Positions 1-10,875 are shown, counted from the stretch's first letter. The stretch is DNA of 64,000 nt from an uncultured Acidobacteriota bacterium (GCA_963751245.1 CAVVTR010000003.1:15929-79928), one strand, 5' to 3'. Notes: generated from the letters alone by a model not told the origin. Translations and numbers: made by a program.

Positions 1-794
1 GCCGACTCCACGTCGGCGAAGTAGACGAGCTCGAAGGCGCAGGGGGACGGCTCGCGCTGCAGCAGGACGCGCGCGTCGACCTCCAGGCCGCCGTCGACGA
101 ACAGCGCGGCGCCGTGGGGCACCTCCTCGTCCACGGTGTAGCCGTTCTGCTCCAGCGCGATGCTCTCCGAGGCGACCATGAGGAACCGCCCCGAGGGGCC
201 GTCCTTGTGCCCGCGCACCATGGGGCGGAACCCATGGGGATCGCGGAAGGCGTAGAGGCCGTCCCGGGTCGCCGCCACCGCCGAGTAGGCGCCGGTCACC
301 CGCTCCTGGACCTCGCGGATGGCCATGAACATCACCTCGGGCTCGGGCGCCGTCGGGTTCGCCGCGCGGTAGTGGTCCCGCCACAGGCTGAGCACCCGGA
401 GCAGCGGCTCGGCGTCACAGTCGGAGCCGAGCACCTCGCCCCGCCCGGCGAGCTCGCCGGCGATCTGCGGGATGTTGGTGATGTGGCCGTTGTGCGCCAG
501 GCCGATGCCCGAGAAGGCGTCGTAGAACGGCTGGGCGTTGTCCCGGCCGCCCTTCCCCACCGTCTTGTAGCGGGTCTGCGCCACCCCGACGGAGCCGGGC
601 GTGCCGCCGAGCTGCTTGAAGACGTCGTCGGCGAGCCCCTCCTCCTTGACCAGGCGGAACGTGCGGCGGGCGTGGTCGATCACGAACAGCCCTGCGTAGG
701 CCTGCCCGCGATGCTGGAGGAAGTGGGCGCCGTTGGCGATCTCCTTGACGACCGGCGCGCTGTCCTTGGCGATGACTCCGACGATCCCGCACAT
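1..794 (-). CDS. purF: amidophosphoribosyltransferase, N-terminal part (gene continues beyond window start)
   Basis: Absent from the ORF track because it runs off the window edge. Reverse-strand translation from the ATG (complement of 792-794) reads MCGIVGVIAKDS..FLQHRGQAYAG..VAQTRYKTVGKGGRDNAQPFY..GLAHNGHITN..SDCDAEPLL. This is the N-terminal-Cys class-II glutamine amidotransferase signature in its PurF form. Confidence 0.8.
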   Translation of the reverse strand, partial: MCGIVGVIAKDSAPVVKEIANGAHFLQHRGQAYAGLFVIDHARRTFRLVKEEGLADDVFKQLGGTPGSVGVAQTRYKTVGKGGRDNAQPFYDAFSGIGLAHNGHITNIPQIAGELAGRGEVLGSDCDAEPLLRVLSLWRDHYRAANPTAPEPEVMFMAIREVQERVTGAYSAVAATRDGLYAFRDPHGFRPMVRGHKDGPSGRFLMVASESIALEQNGYTVDEEVPHGAALFVDGGLEVDARVLLQREPSPCAFELVYFADVES

Positions 795-843
795 CTCGAC
801 GGCGGCCACTCTACACCTTTTCGGGCCTCCGCCGAAACCGGCG

Positions 844-1899
844 TCAGACGCAACCGGCGCTCGGGTCGAGGCTGAGGGGTCCCAGCCTGGCGGGGTCCTT
901 GCGCAGGTGGGAGGCGAGGGTGCGGCCGAGCTGCTCCTGCACCGCCCGCGGGTCCGCGGCGCCTGCGCCGGTGAGGGGCACCCAGCCCCCGGCGGTCATG
1001 CCGTGGCCGCCCCCGCGCCCGTTCTTGCCGACCAGGACGCGCATGAGCCGGCCGGCCTCGCCGCGCGGGTTCGACGTCCGCATGGACAGGTAGATCCGCC
1101 CTTCGAAGCGCCCCGTGCACAGTGCCCAGCTCTTCCCCTCCATGCGCAGCAGGAGGTCGGCGACCTCGGGCACGATGTCGGGCTGCTCCACCTCCTCCAG
1201 GTGGCTCACCACCAGTGTGCCGACGGTCTGGACGTTCTCCAGGGCCTGGTGGAGACAGCGGAAGTAGGAGACCGGCAGCGACGCCTTCTGGATGCGGCCC
1301 AGGGCCCGCTTGTTCACCCGGGCCAGGAAGGCGTCGTAGGTGGCCCGGTCTTCGAGGGTGTACTCGCGCCCGAAGTCCTGGGTCTCGGAGCGGATGGCGT
1401 AGACGACGGCGGTGGCCTCCGCGACGGAGACGGCCACCCCGGCGGCGGCGAGGTAGCCCGAGAGGATCGTCACCGTCGCCCCGAAGGCGGGGCGCACGTC
1501 CACGAAGCCGGCCGAGCGCGTGCCGCGGCGCAGGGGGTGGTGGTCGAAGACGAGGTCGGGCACCGTCCCCTTCGGCAGGGCGTTGTTGCCCGTCCCCGGC
1601 TGGGTGTCGACCAGGGCGAAGCGGTGGAACCGCGCCAGGGAGAGGTGGTGCACGTCGCTCACCCGCAGCTTGAGGCTGCGCACCATCTCGCGGTTCTCGG
1701 CCCGCCCGATGAGGCCTCCGAACGCGGCGGTGGCATCGCGGCCGAACGCCTCGCGCAGCAGCCCGGCGAGGAGCACCGCCGAGGCCAGGGCGTCGGGGTC
1801 GGGGTTGTCGTGGGTGAGCACCAGCCACCGCCCGGGACGCGCCCGCACCACGGCCTCCAGCTGCCGGTACCGCCGTTCGCTCTCCGCCGCGTCGCTCAT
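844..1899 (-). CDS. DHH/DHHA1 family phosphoesterase (NrnA-like)
   Basis: Track ORF 844..1920. DHH motif (LVFDHHP) and DHHA1-type GGGH (RGGGHGMTAGG). Start moved to the ATG at 1899 (MSDAAE), which has GAGG 6 nt upstream. Confidence 0.8.
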   Translation of the reverse strand: MSDAAESERRYRQLEAVVRARPGRWLVLTHDNPDPDALASAVLLAGLLREAFGRDATAAFGGLIGRAENREMVRSLKLRVSDVHHLSLARFHRFALVDTQPGTGNNALPKGTVPDLVFDHHPLRRGTRSAGFVDVRPAFGATVTILSGYLAAAGVAVSVAEATAVVYAIRSETQDFGREYTLEDRATYDAFLARVNKRALGRIQKASLPVSYFRCLHQALENVQTVGTLVVSHLEEVEQPDIVPEVADLLLRMEGKSWALCTGRFEGRIYLSMRTSNPRGEAGRLMRVLVGKNGRGGGHGMTAGGWVPLTGAGAADPRAVQEQLGRTLASHLRKDPARLGPLSLDPSAGCV

Positions 1900-1958
1900 C
1901 GGTGCCTCGAGTGTACACACGCCGCCGGGCGTCCGGCCACCGGCCCCGGAAGCGGGGG

Positions 1959-3224
1959 TCAGAGCAGCAGGAGCAGCGGCAGCACGCCGGCCACCGCCAG
2001 CACCGCGAGCCCGGCGAAGCCCCGCACCCCGGTGGAGCGGTCGGCGAAGAGCATGGCGTAGACGCCCTTGACCAGGTTGTTGCTCGCCGTCGCCACCACG
2101 ATGGCGGCGGCCGCGGCCACCAGCGGTGTGACCGCCCCGGCGGTCTGGGTCAGGCTCAGGATGAAGGGGTCCACGTCGGTGAAGCCCATCAGCACCGCGA
2201 GGGCGTAGACACCCACGATGCCGAACGCGGAGACCACCAGGGTCGAGGCGATGAGCACGGCGATGAAGATGGCGGCGAACAGGAACGCCGACCGCAGCTC
2301 CAGGGGGTTCTTCGCCACGTACCGCCGCTCGGGATCGGGCACGCCGCCGTCGGGGAGCCGCGTCCAGGCGAACCCGGCAAGCATGGCGGCCGCGCCGAGG
2401 GCGAGGAACGGCGCGGCCAGCTTCTCCAGCAGCGCCTCGTTGAAGAAGAACAGCAGCACCAGCACGCGCAGGTACATCGCACCGGAGGCCACCACCATGC
2501 TGCCGGCGAAGAGGCTCGGGCGCGACTCCCCCCGGGCCCGCCGGGCCAGCACCACCGTCATCACGGTGGAGGAGTAGGCCCCGCCGAGCAGCGCCGCGAG
2601 CACCACCCCTCCCCTGGCGCGGGTGACCCGCTGCAGGACGTAGCTCGCGTACGAGATGCCGCTCACCGCGGCGACGATGAGCCAGGTGGTGAACGGGTTG
2701 ATGTGGAAGCGGGTGAGGTCGCGGTCCGGCACGATGGGCAGGATGACCGCGGTGAGCAGGAGGAACTTGGTGAAGGTGATGATCTCCTCGGAGGGGATCG
2801 TCTCGGTGAGGCTCTCGAGCCCCGCCTTGAGCTCGAGCAGCAGCATGCTGGCCACCACCACGGTCGTCGCCACCCAGTAGTGGCCGTGGTAGACCACGGC
2901 GCCGAGCACGTAGGTGAGCAGCCCCGAGACCTCGGTGGTGACGCCGGCGTCCCCGGCGGTAGCCAGCTTGTGGAGGTAGGACACCAGCAGGAACGCCCCC
3001 ACCACCACCAGCCCCGCGGCCACCGGCAGCAGCTGGTCGCCGGACAGCAGCGCCATCCCGTAACCGAGCAGCCCGATGAGCGGGAACGTCCTCACCCCGC
3101 CGAAGATGTAGTGGCCGGCCAGCGCCTTGCGACCCTCCCGTTCGAGACCGAGGAGGAACGAGAACGACAGCACGAGGAGGATCTTGAACGCCTCCGGCTG
3201 GCTGAGAGCGACTTCCGGCGTCAC
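1959..3224 (-). CDS. MgtC/SapB-family + DUF4010-type integral membrane protein
   Basis: 421-aa polytopic ORF. The N-terminus has the MgtC-type LGLEREGR motif. GTG start preceded by GGAGAGGGAGAGG. Very high GC3. Confidence 0.7.
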   Translation of the reverse strand: MTPEVALSQPEAFKILLVLSFSFLLGLEREGRKALAGHYIFGGVRTFPLIGLLGYGMALLSGDQLLPVAAGLVVVGAFLLVSYLHKLATAGDAGVTTEVSGLLTYVLGAVVYHGHYWVATTVVVASMLLLELKAGLESLTETIPSEEIITFTKFLLLTAVILPIVPDRDLTRFHINPFTTWLIVAAVSGISYASYVLQRVTRARGGVVLAALLGGAYSSTVMTVVLARRARGESRPSLFAGSMVVASGAMYLRVLVLLFFFNEALLEKLAAPFLALGAAAMLAGFAWTRLPDGGVPDPERRYVAKNPLELRSAFLFAAIFIAVLIASTLVVSAFGIVGVYALAVLMGFTDVDPFILSLTQTAGAVTPLVAAAAAIVVATASNNLVKGVYAMLFADRSTGVRGFAGLAVLAVAGVLPLLLLL

Positions 3225-3313
3225 CGGCCTCTCCCTCTCCGGCGCCGCCCGGCGCCGGCGTTCCCGCGTGAGTGACGCTCCATGCTACCCCACCCGCCCG
3301 GCCGCCGCGGAGC

Positions 3314-3772
3314 CTACCGGGTGCGCGCGGCCAGGAGCTCGCGCAGCGCCGCGGCGTGGCGCCGGTCGTCCCCGGACAGCGCCTCGAGGAGGCTCGCGAT
3401 CTCCGGGTTGGCGTGGGCCACGATCAGACGGTAGTGGCCCTCCGCCGCGCCCACCTCGATCTCGAGGGCGGCGCGCAGGGCGCCGGCGAGATCGGTGCCG
3501 CCGTCGGCCGCGCGCAGCCGGGCGGCCTCCTCCAGGGCCCGCTGCACCTCGGCGAGGTCGGCGTCCACCTCACCGAAAGCGTTTGGACCGGTACGGGCCA
3601 GCCGCCGGGCGTGCCGCACCATGCCCAGGTGGCGTCTCTCCTCCAGGGCGAGCCGGAAGAACACGCCGGAAGCCTCGGGGTCGCCGCCGAACACCGAGGA
3701 CAGGTGCTCGTACATCTCGGCCATGGCAGCTTCGAGGGCCTCCAGCGGGCGCAGCAGCGTCACCAGATCCAC
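3314..3772 (-). CDS. ferritin-like / rubrerythrin-like helical protein (putative di-metal site)
   Basis: This is the C-terminal real part of spurious track ORF 3314..5398. Sequence: VDLVTLLRPLEALEAAMAEMYEHL..LALEERRH..LEIEVGAAEGH..GDDRRHAAAL, giving an E / ExxH / E / DxxH spacing typical of four-helix-bundle di-iron proteins. GTG at 3772 is preceded by GGAGGA; an alternative ATG lies at 3724. It sits 71 nt downstream of the 774-aa fusion gene on the same strand. Confidence 0.5.
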   Translation of the reverse strand: MDLVTLLRPLEALEAAMAEMYEHLSSVFGGDPEASGVFFRLALEERRHLGMVRHARRLARTGPNAFGEVDADLAEVQRALEEAARLRAADGGTDLAGALRAALEIEVGAAEGHYRLIVAHANPEIASLLEALSGDDRRHAAALRELLAARTR

Positions 3773-3843
3773 AGATCCTCCATCGGTCGTTCCGCGGCGG
3801 GCGCGAGGTCCCCCACCGCTCCCGCGGCGCGCTCCGGTCCGTC

Positions 3844-6168
3844 TCAGCCGAGCTGCTGCAGCAGGCGGTCGGCGACGCTCTCGCGCGACGCCACGGCGGT
3901 GTTGAGCACCACGCAGCGGGCCGCGGCGAAGAGCCGCTCGTGCTGGCTGCGCAGCAGCTCCGCCCGCGCCACGTCCAGCCCGGCCAGGTGCGGGTTGAGG
4001 AACGGGAACGAGGTCCCGCGGCCGCCGGGCAGGAGGCCGCCGGCCAGGATCCGCGCCGCCTCGCGCGCCTCGATCTCCTGGACCAGCGGCAGCACGGGGT
4101 CCGCGGCCAGCAGGACGCACAGCCGCGGGGAGGTGCGCCGGACGTGCCGGCGGGCGCCGCCCAGCCAGTAGGGATCGATCATCGCCCGGCCGTCGCCGGA
4201 GGCCTCGAGGCACACGGCCGCGCCGCGGTCCAGCGGGCAGGTGTCGTCGGGGTGGCTGACGTGGCAGGCGTCGCGGCTGGTGACGAAGTTCTCCAGCTTC
4301 GACCGGTCCAGGAGCTTCTCGATCTCTCCCAGCGCGCGCGCCCACTTGGCCTTGAGGTAGAGCTTGCGCTCCGGGAGGTCGGCGACGGGCTCGTGGGCCC
4401 CCAGCCGCACCAGCAGCGTATCCGCGGAGACCAGCTTGACCCCGTCGCGGCCCAGCGCCGCGGCCAGCACACCGGTGCGCCCCGAGCCCGGACCGCCCCA
4501 GACCAGGACGCCGGCGCCGTCCACGTCCAGCGCCGCGCAGTGGGCCAGCAGGGCGCCCGAGGTACGCGCCGCCGCCTCCCCCGCGAGCTGCATGGCGAGA
4601 GAGCGGACCTGCCCGTAGAACGCCGTGTTGAAGGTGAAGGCGGTGGCCGTCTCCAGGCTCAACGCCGCGGAGGGCTCGCGGCCCGGCACGTCCTTGACGG
4701 CGTAGATCACCGCGTGCGGCTCCAGGTCCCCCTCCAGCGGCGCCGGGTAGAAGTTCTCCTGGAAGAAGTCGGCGAGGTGCGGCGAGGACGTCCGCAGCTG
4801 CACCACGATCCCGGCGATGGCCGCGTTCCACTCGAAGTAGCTGTCGGGGGCAAGGTGCGCCTCCGCCTCGGCCAGCAGGGTGTTGCGGCTCTCGAGGCCG
4901 GTCACGGCCCGGGTCTCGGCGTAGCGGGAGACCTTGGTGAGGACGTTGTTGAGGGCGCGGGGGCGGAGCCGGCGCGGCGCCTCGAGGCGTGCCAGGGCCT
5001 TCTCGATGCGCCGGGCACCCTCTTCCAGGCGGTCCATGGAGGTGGCGAAGGACAGGCGGATGTGCGCGTCGGTGCCGAACGCCTCGCCGGGCACCACGGC
5101 CACGTGGGCCTCCTTGAGCAGGTAGTACGCCAGGCCGTAGGTGTTGCGGACCGGCGCCCCGCCGAACTCCCGGTCCAGGTAGCGCGCCACGTTGGGCATG
5201 ACGTAGAACGCGCCGTGGGGCGAGTAGCAGGACACGCCGGGCAGGGAGCGCATCTTGTACACGATGAAGTTGCGCCGCCGCTCGAACTCCTGCCGCATGC
5301 GCTCCACCTCCATGGCGGTGGAGCGCAGCGCCTCGACCCCCGCCTTCTGCACGAAGGAGGTGGCATTGGAGGTGTTGTGGGACTGCACCTTGGAGCACGC
5401 GGCGATGAGCTCCCGCGGCCCCGCGGCGTAGCCCAGCCGCCAGCCCGTCATGGAGTACGCCTTGGAGAAGCCGTTGATGACGACGGTGAGCTTCCTGATC
5501 GGCTCACCCAGGGAGGCGATGGAGGTGAAACGCTGGCCGTCGTAGATGAGCTTCTCGTAGATCTCGTCGGAGATCACCCAGATCTGCTCGCGGACGCACA
5601 CCTTGGCGATCTCCTCGAGCTCCTCCCGGGAGTAGGTGGCGCCGGTGGGGTTGCAGGGGTAGTTCAGGATGAGCGCCTTGGTGTTGGGCGTGATCGCCGC
5701 GGCGAGGTCCTCGGCGCGGAGCTTGAAACCCTCCTCCTCCCGGGTGGGGATGAATACCGGGTTGGCGCCGCACAGCTTCACCTGGTCCGGGTAGGAGACC
5801 CAGTACGGCGAGGGGATGAGGATGTCGTCGCCGGGCTCGTAGAGGGACTGGGCCACGTTGAACAGGGAGTTCTTGGCGCCGACGGAGACGATGATCTCCT
5901 CCGGCGAGAAGCGGACGCCGTTGTCGCGCTCGAGCTTCTCGCAAATGGCCTTCTTGAGCTCGGGGATGCCGTCGTTGGCCACGTACTTGGTGAAGTTGGC
6001 GTCCAGCGCCGCCTTGGCGGCGCGCTTCACCGACTCCGGCGAGGGGAAGTCCGGCTCCCCCGCCGAGAAGTCCACGACGTCGATCCCCTGGGCGCGCATC
6101 TGCAGAGCCCGGGCGGAGATGCGCAGCGTCGGCGAGAGGGCGATGCGGTTGGCGCGTTCGGAGGGCAT
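3844..6168 (-). CDS. fusion protein: class I/II PLP aspartate aminotransferase (aa 1-~395) + HPr-kinase/PEPCK-fold P-loop-like domain (aa ~400-774)
   Basis: N-terminal half has AspC-type motifs (GEPDFPSP, NYPCNPTG, GFSKAYSMTGWRLGY). C-terminal half: LLAHCAALDVDGAGVLVWGGPGSGRTGVLAAALGRDGVKLVSADTLLV, which is the HprK C-terminal-domain pattern with Arg in the Walker-A Lys position. There is one continuous high-GC3 frame and no in-frame stop at the junction (~4960-5000). Confidence 0.8.
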   Translation of the reverse strand: MPSERANRIALSPTLRISARALQMRAQGIDVVDFSAGEPDFPSPESVKRAAKAALDANFTKYVANDGIPELKKAICEKLERDNGVRFSPEEIIVSVGAKNSLFNVAQSLYEPGDDILIPSPYWVSYPDQVKLCGANPVFIPTREEEGFKLRAEDLAAAITPNTKALILNYPCNPTGATYSREELEEIAKVCVREQIWVISDEIYEKLIYDGQRFTSIASLGEPIRKLTVVINGFSKAYSMTGWRLGYAAGPRELIAACSKVQSHNTSNATSFVQKAGVEALRSTAMEVERMRQEFERRRNFIVYKMRSLPGVSCYSPHGAFYVMPNVARYLDREFGGAPVRNTYGLAYYLLKEAHVAVVPGEAFGTDAHIRLSFATSMDRLEEGARRIEKALARLEAPRRLRPRALNNVLTKVSRYAETRAVTGLESRNTLLAEAEAHLAPDSYFEWNAAIAGIVVQLRTSSPHLADFFQENFYPAPLEGDLEPHAVIYAVKDVPGREPSAALSLETATAFTFNTAFYGQVRSLAMQLAGEAAARTSGALLAHCAALDVDGAGVLVWGGPGSGRTGVLAAALGRDGVKLVSADTLLVRLGAHEPVADLPERKLYLKAKWARALGEIEKLLDRSKLENFVTSRDACHVSHPDDTCPLDRGAAVCLEASGDGRAMIDPYWLGGARRHVRRTSPRLCVLLAADPVLPLVQEIEAREAARILAGGLLPGGRGTSFPFLNPHLAGLDVARAELLRSQHERLFAAARCVVLNTAVASRESVADRLLQQLG

Positions 6169-6259
6169 CGGTCGTCTACCTCACGGGCGGCGCCGACCCC
6201 GGGGGCCCGTGGCCGGCGATGCGTGCATCGGGGCGGGGAAACGGCCCGCTCCGAGGCGT

Positions 6260-7642
6260 CTACTCATTTTCCGGCTCGCGCTTCTTGGCGCGCTGCAGCA
6301 GGTCCTCGAGCTTGAGGCCGGTGAGGGAGTGCACCACGGTGGGCAGCTGGGCCAGCACCGACGCCACCTGTCCGGTGAGCCGGGGAGCGCCGTCGGCGTC
6401 CCCCACCATGATGATCTTGTCCACCTTGGACAGGGGCTCGGAGACGGCGCGGGCGAGCTCGGGAAGCTGGCGGATGACCATCTCGGCCAGCGCGGCGTCG
6501 GTGTAGTGCTCCCACGCGGCGGCCTTGGCCTGCATGGCCCCGGCGTCGGCCTTGCCCCTGGCCGCCGCCGCCTCGGCCTCGGAAGCGCCGATCAGACGGA
6601 TGCCGGCGGCCTTGCCCTTGGCGTCCAGCTCCTTCTTGTAGGCGTCGGCCTCGGCCTCGAGCTTCGCCTGGTAGCTCATCGCCTCGGCGGGACGCTTCAC
6701 CGTGGCCTCGAGCTCCTTCTCGCGGCGCTCGACCTCCAGCGTCTCGACACGGGCGGCGAGCTCCTTCTCGGCGATGCGCACCTGGTACTCCTGCCGCTTG
6801 AGCTCCTCCGACAGCTTGGAGCGGCTGAGCTCGTAGGAGATGTCGGCCTCGGCGCGCTTGGTGTTCACGGCGGACTGATACTCCGCCCTCTGCATCTCGA
6901 AGTCCCGCGTCGCCGCGGCCAGCTCGGCCTCCGCGGCAAGACGCGCCACGTCCCCCTCCTTGCGGTACTCGGCGGCACGGATGGCGGCGTCGCGCTCGGT
7001 CTCCGCCTCGGCGATGGTGGCGTCGCGCTTGACCTCGGCGATGCGGCGGGCGCCCAGCGCCTGCAGGTAGCCCTGCGCGTCGCTGATGTCCTTGAGCGAG
7101 AACGCCAGCAGCTCGAGCCCCAGACGGGAGAAGTCGTCGCTGGCCGTCTCGCGGACGCGGGAGGCGAACTCGTCCCGCTCGGTGTAGACCTGCTCCACGG
7201 CCATGGTGCCCAGGGCGGCGCGCATGCGGCCCTCGAGCACCTCCTGCGCCACCGAGCTGATCCCCGAGGCCCCCTTGGCCAGGAAGTTCTCGACGGCCCG
7301 GTGGAGGAGCGTCTCGTCGCTGGCCACCTTCACCTGCCCGTACGCCTCGGCGGAGATGATGATGCCCTGGGCGGTCATCACCTCGGGGCAGCGGATGGAG
7401 ATGGAGGCCACGTCCAGGGGCAGCACGTCCACGGTCTCCACGAGGGGCAACACGAAGGTGCCGCCTCCAACCTGCAGGCGGTAGCCGACCTTGCGCTTCC
7501 GCCCGTCGGGCTCGGTGACGGTCGAGGTCCGACCCGAGACGACCAGCACCTGGTTGGGCCCCACCTTGCGGTAGTTCAGGGCCCAGAGAACGAAGATCGC
7601 TACGATGACGACCGCGGCGATGATCCAGGGAAGATACGCCAT
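6260..7642 (-). CDS. flotillin / SPFH (band 7) family protein
   Basis: Real part of track ORF 6260..8014, starting at ATG 7642 (MAYLPWIIAAVVIVAIFVLW) with GGAGG upstream. N-terminal TM segment, SPFH domain, then a long Ala/Glu-rich coiled coil (EAEAxx repeats) typical of bacterial flotillins. Confidence 0.85.
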   Translation of the reverse strand: MAYLPWIIAAVVIVAIFVLWALNYRKVGPNQVLVVSGRTSTVTEPDGRKRKVGYRLQVGGGTFVLPLVETVDVLPLDVASISIRCPEVMTAQGIIISAEAYGQVKVASDETLLHRAVENFLAKGASGISSVAQEVLEGRMRAALGTMAVEQVYTERDEFASRVRETASDDFSRLGLELLAFSLKDISDAQGYLQALGARRIAEVKRDATIAEAETERDAAIRAAEYRKEGDVARLAAEAELAAATRDFEMQRAEYQSAVNTKRAEADISYELSRSKLSEELKRQEYQVRIAEKELAARVETLEVERREKELEATVKRPAEAMSYQAKLEAEADAYKKELDAKGKAAGIRLIGASEAEAAAARGKADAGAMQAKAAAWEHYTDAALAEMVIRQLPELARAVSEPLSKVDKIIMVGDADGAPRLTGQVASVLAQLPTVVHSLTGLKLEDLLQRAKKREPENE

Positions 7643-7839
7643 AGCTGCCTCCGCCGCCCGCCGGGCGGACGTCGGAACCTTACGACAAGTTCCCTCCGCG
7701 TACAAGGCCGCAACGCCCCGCACATCCCCGTCACGCGCGCGTCGGCCCGCCCGCTGTCGGCCGCCGTCCCCCCGCGGTAAGATGAGAGCAGTCGCACAAC
7801 GAGGACGCTGTCTGCTGGAGCGGCGCCGGAGGGCCGTCC

Positions 7840-10800
7840 ATGGACCGATCCGACACGCCCGGGACGCCGGGCACCGGTGGAGCCGGACCGCCGGACCGGG
7901 AGCCCGGCCGGGACTGGTTCCAGCGCAGCCTTGCCGGTCTGTACCGGGCGCGGACCGACGGCGTGCTCCTCGACTGCAACGACGCCTTCGCCGCCATCTT
8001 CGGACTCGCCTCACGGGCCGAGGCCGTCGCCTCCGGAGTGGAGGACCTGCGCGACCCGCCGCCCGAGCGCCGTGCCCTCCTGGACGAGCTCGCCGAGCGG
8101 GGCGCCGTGTCCGGGCGGGAGTGGCGGGGCCGCCGCCGCGACGGCGCCGGGATCTGGCTGCTCGAGAGCGCCGCGCTGGTCCGGGAAGCGCCGGGGGGAC
8201 CGGCGACGATCGAGGGCAGCATCATCGACGTCTCGGAGCGCCAGCGCGCGGAGGAGGCACTGCGGGACGCCGAGCGCCGCTCCCTCGAGATCATCGAGGC
8301 GGCGCCGGTAGGCATCCACGTCTACCGCCTCCGGGACGACGGAGCGCTCATCTTCTCCGGCGGCAACCCCGCCGCCGAGCGGATCCTCCGCCTCGACCAC
8401 CGCCCGCTGACGGGTCTCACCATCGAGGAGGCGTTCCCCGCCCTCGCGGGCACGGACATCCCCGACGCCTACCGGGAGGTGGCGAGGACCGGCAGCACGT
8501 GGCACGACGAGCAGCTGACCTACGAGGACGACCGGGTGACCGGCTGCTTCGACGTCCACGCCTTCCGCACGAGCCGCGACACGATGGTGGCGACGTTCAC
8601 GGACATCACCGAGCGGCGCGCCGCCGAGCGCGACCTCCACGACTCCCGGCAGATGCTCCGGCTGGTGCTCGACACCATCCCCCAGCGGGTGTTCTGGAAG
8701 GACCGCGACTTCACGTACCTCGGGTGCAACCGGCACTTCGCGCGGGACGCGGGCGTCGACGACCCGTCCCGGATCGTCGGCCGCAACGACTTCGACCTCG
8801 CGTGGCGGGAGAGCGCCGCGCGCTACCGCGCCGACGACCGCCTGATCATGCTCGCCGACCGGCCCAAGCTCGACTTCGAGGAGCCGCAGACGAGGCCCGA
8901 CGGCTCCACGGTGTGGCTGCGCACCTCCAAGGTGCCGCTCCACGACCCCACCGGCGCCGTCATCGGGCTCCTCGGCACCTACGAGGACATCACGGAGAGA
9001 AAGCGCGCGGAGCAGGCCCTCCGGGCCAGCGAAGAGCGCCTCGAGCGGGCCCTGTGGGGGGCGGACCTGGGCCTGTGGGACTGGCACGTCCAGACCGGCG
9101 AGGTTTTCTTCGACCAGCGCTGGGCCACCATGCTGGGCTACTCCATGGAGGAGCTGGAGCCCACCCTGGCCTCCTGGGAGCGCCTCGTCCACCCCGACGA
9201 CCTGCCGGCGGTGAGGCAGGCCCTGGAAGCCCACCTGCGCGGCGAGACCCCCGCCTACGAGACGGAGCACCGCGTGCGGACGCGGACCGGCGCCTGGAAG
9301 TGGATCCTCGACCGGGGCCGGGTGACCGAGCGCGACCCCTACGGCCGTCCGCTGCGCGCCACCGGCACGCACCTCGACGTCACCCAGCGCCGGGAGGCCG
9401 AGGAAGCGCTGCGGAGCTCCGAGGAGAAGTTCAGGGAGCTGGTGGAGAACGTCAGCGACGCCATCTACGTGTGCGACGCGCAGGGCCTGGTGACCTACAT
9501 GAGCCCGCGGGTGGCGCAGCTCACCGGACACGAGCCGGACGACCTGCTCGGCCACCCCCTCCTCGAGCTGGTCCATCCCGCCGACGCCGCCGTCGCGGCG
9601 TCCGCCCTCAACGGCGCCCTCGCCGGACAGGTGCTCCGGGTCGAGGTCCGCATGACCGACGCCGGGGGCGCCGTGCGCTGGGTGTCCCTGTCGTCGCGCC
9701 GGGTGGTCCGGAACGGGGAGCCGGCGGGCGTCCGCGGCGTGCTCTCCGACGTCACCGACCGCCGCCAGGTGGAGGAGCAGCTCCGGCAGGCCCAGAAGAT
9801 GGAGGCGGTGGGCCAGCTCGCCGGAGGCGTCGCCCACGACTTCAACAACCTGCTCCAGGCCATGCTCTCCCTGGTGGCGCTGGCTGGCGGCGTCGAGACC
9901 GCCGCCGCCAACGCCCGCGAGCTCGCCGAGCTCGACCACCTCATCCGGCGGGGCGCCCAGCTGGTCCGTCAGCTGCTGCTCTTCTCCCGCCGGGAGAGCG
10001 GCCGCCCGGAGCCGCTGGACCTCGGCGAGGCCGTGCGCGCCACCGTGACCCTGCTGCGCCGGCTTCTGAGGGAGAACATCGAGCTCGACCTCCGCCTCGC
10101 CGACGAGCCGCTCCCCCTGGAGGCGGACCGCACGCAGCTGGAGCAGGTCGTCGTCAACCTGGCCCTCAACGCGGCCGACGCCATGCCCGACGGCGGCCGG
10201 CTCACCATCGCCACCAGGCGGGGCCGCCGTGACGCCGTGGTGCTGGAGCTGACCGACACCGGGCACGGCATCTCCCCCGAGGTGCGGGAGCGCATCTTCG
10301 AGCCGTTCTTCTCCACCAAGACGGCGGGCGCGGGCAGCGGGCTGGGGCTGGCCGTGGTCGATGGCATCGTCACCGGGCACGGCGGGCGCGTGGAGGTGAC
10401 GAGCTCTCCCGGCCGGGGGAGCGCCTTCCGCGTGCACCTCCCGGGCGCTCCGGCGGCTCCGGCACCCGGGAACGGGGCGGCCGCGGACCTCGAGCCCACC
10501 CCCGCGGGGGCCGGCGAGCGGGTGCTCCTGGTGGAGGACGAAGAGGACGCGCGGAAGGCGCTCAGCGGCGTGCTCCGCATGCTCGGGTACGAGGTCGCCG
10601 CCGCGGGAACGGGCGAGGAGGCCCTCGCGCTCGCCGGCGATCCCGTCCCCGACCTCCTCCTCACCGACCTCGTCCTGCCGGGCATCCCCGGCAGCGAGCT
10701 GGCCGAGAGGCTCACCCGCCGCCACCCCTCCCTGCCCGTGATCTTCATGTCCGGGTACACCGACAACGACGTCTCGAGCCTGGACACCCGCCCCGGCGAC

Positions 10801-10875
10801 GTGCGGTTCCTGCAGAAGCCCTTCGACATGGAGACCCTGGCGCGGGAGCTCCGCGCCGCCCTGGCCGCCCGCTGA
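7840..10875 (+). CDS. hybrid sensor histidine kinase with multiple PAS domains and C-terminal receiver
   Basis: 1011-aa ORF with repeated PAS/PAC modules. HisKA H-box [14 protein letters not shown]; HATPase_c motifs ([23 protein letters not shown]). Receiver domain [25 protein letters not shown]. Confidence 0.9.
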   Translation: MDRSDTPGTPGTGGAGPPDREPGRDWFQRSLAGLYRARTDGVLLDCNDAFAAIFGLASRAEAVASGVEDLRDPPPERRALLDELAERGAVSGREWRGRRRDGAGIWLLESAALVREAPGGPATIEGSIIDVSERQRAEEALRDAERRSLEIIEAAPVGIHVYRLRDDGALIFSGGNPAAERILRLDHRPLTGLTIEEAFPALAGTDIPDAYREVARTGSTWHDEQLTYEDDRVTGCFDVHAFRTSRDTMVATFTDITERRAAERDLHDSRQMLRLVLDTIPQRVFWKDRDFTYLGCNRHFARDAGVDDPSRIVGRNDFDLAWRESAARYRADDRLIMLADRPKLDFEEPQTRPDGSTVWLRTSKVPLHDPTGAVIGLLGTYEDITERKRAEQALRASEERLERALWGADLGLWDWHVQTGEVFFDQRWATMLGYSMEELEPTLASWERLVHPDDLPAVRQALEAHLRGETPAYETEHRVRTRTGAWKWILDRGRVTERDPYGRPLRATGTHLDVTQRREAEEALRSSEEKFRELVENVSDAIYVCDAQGLVTYMSPRVAQLTGHEPDDLLGHPLLELVHPADAAVAASALNGALAGQVLRVEVRMTDAGGAVRWVSLSSRRVVRNGEPAGVRGVLSDVTDRRQVEEQLRQAQKMEAVGQLAGGVAHDFNNLLQAMLSLVALAGGVETAAANARELAELDHLIRRGAQLVRQLLLFSRRESGRPEPLDLGEAVRATVTLLRRLLRENIELDLRLADEPLPLEADRTQLEQVVVNLALNAADAMPDGGRLTIATRRGRRDAVVLELTDTGHGISPEVRERIFEPFFSTKTAGAGSGLGLAVVDGIVTGHGGRVEVTSSPGRGSAFRVHLPGAPAAPAPGNGAAADLEPTPAGAGERVLLVEDEEDARKALSGVLRMLGYEVAAAGTGEEALALAGDPVPDLLLTDLVLPGIPGSELAERLTRRHPSLPVIFMSGYTDNDVSSLDTRPGDVRFLQKPFDMETLARELRAALAAR

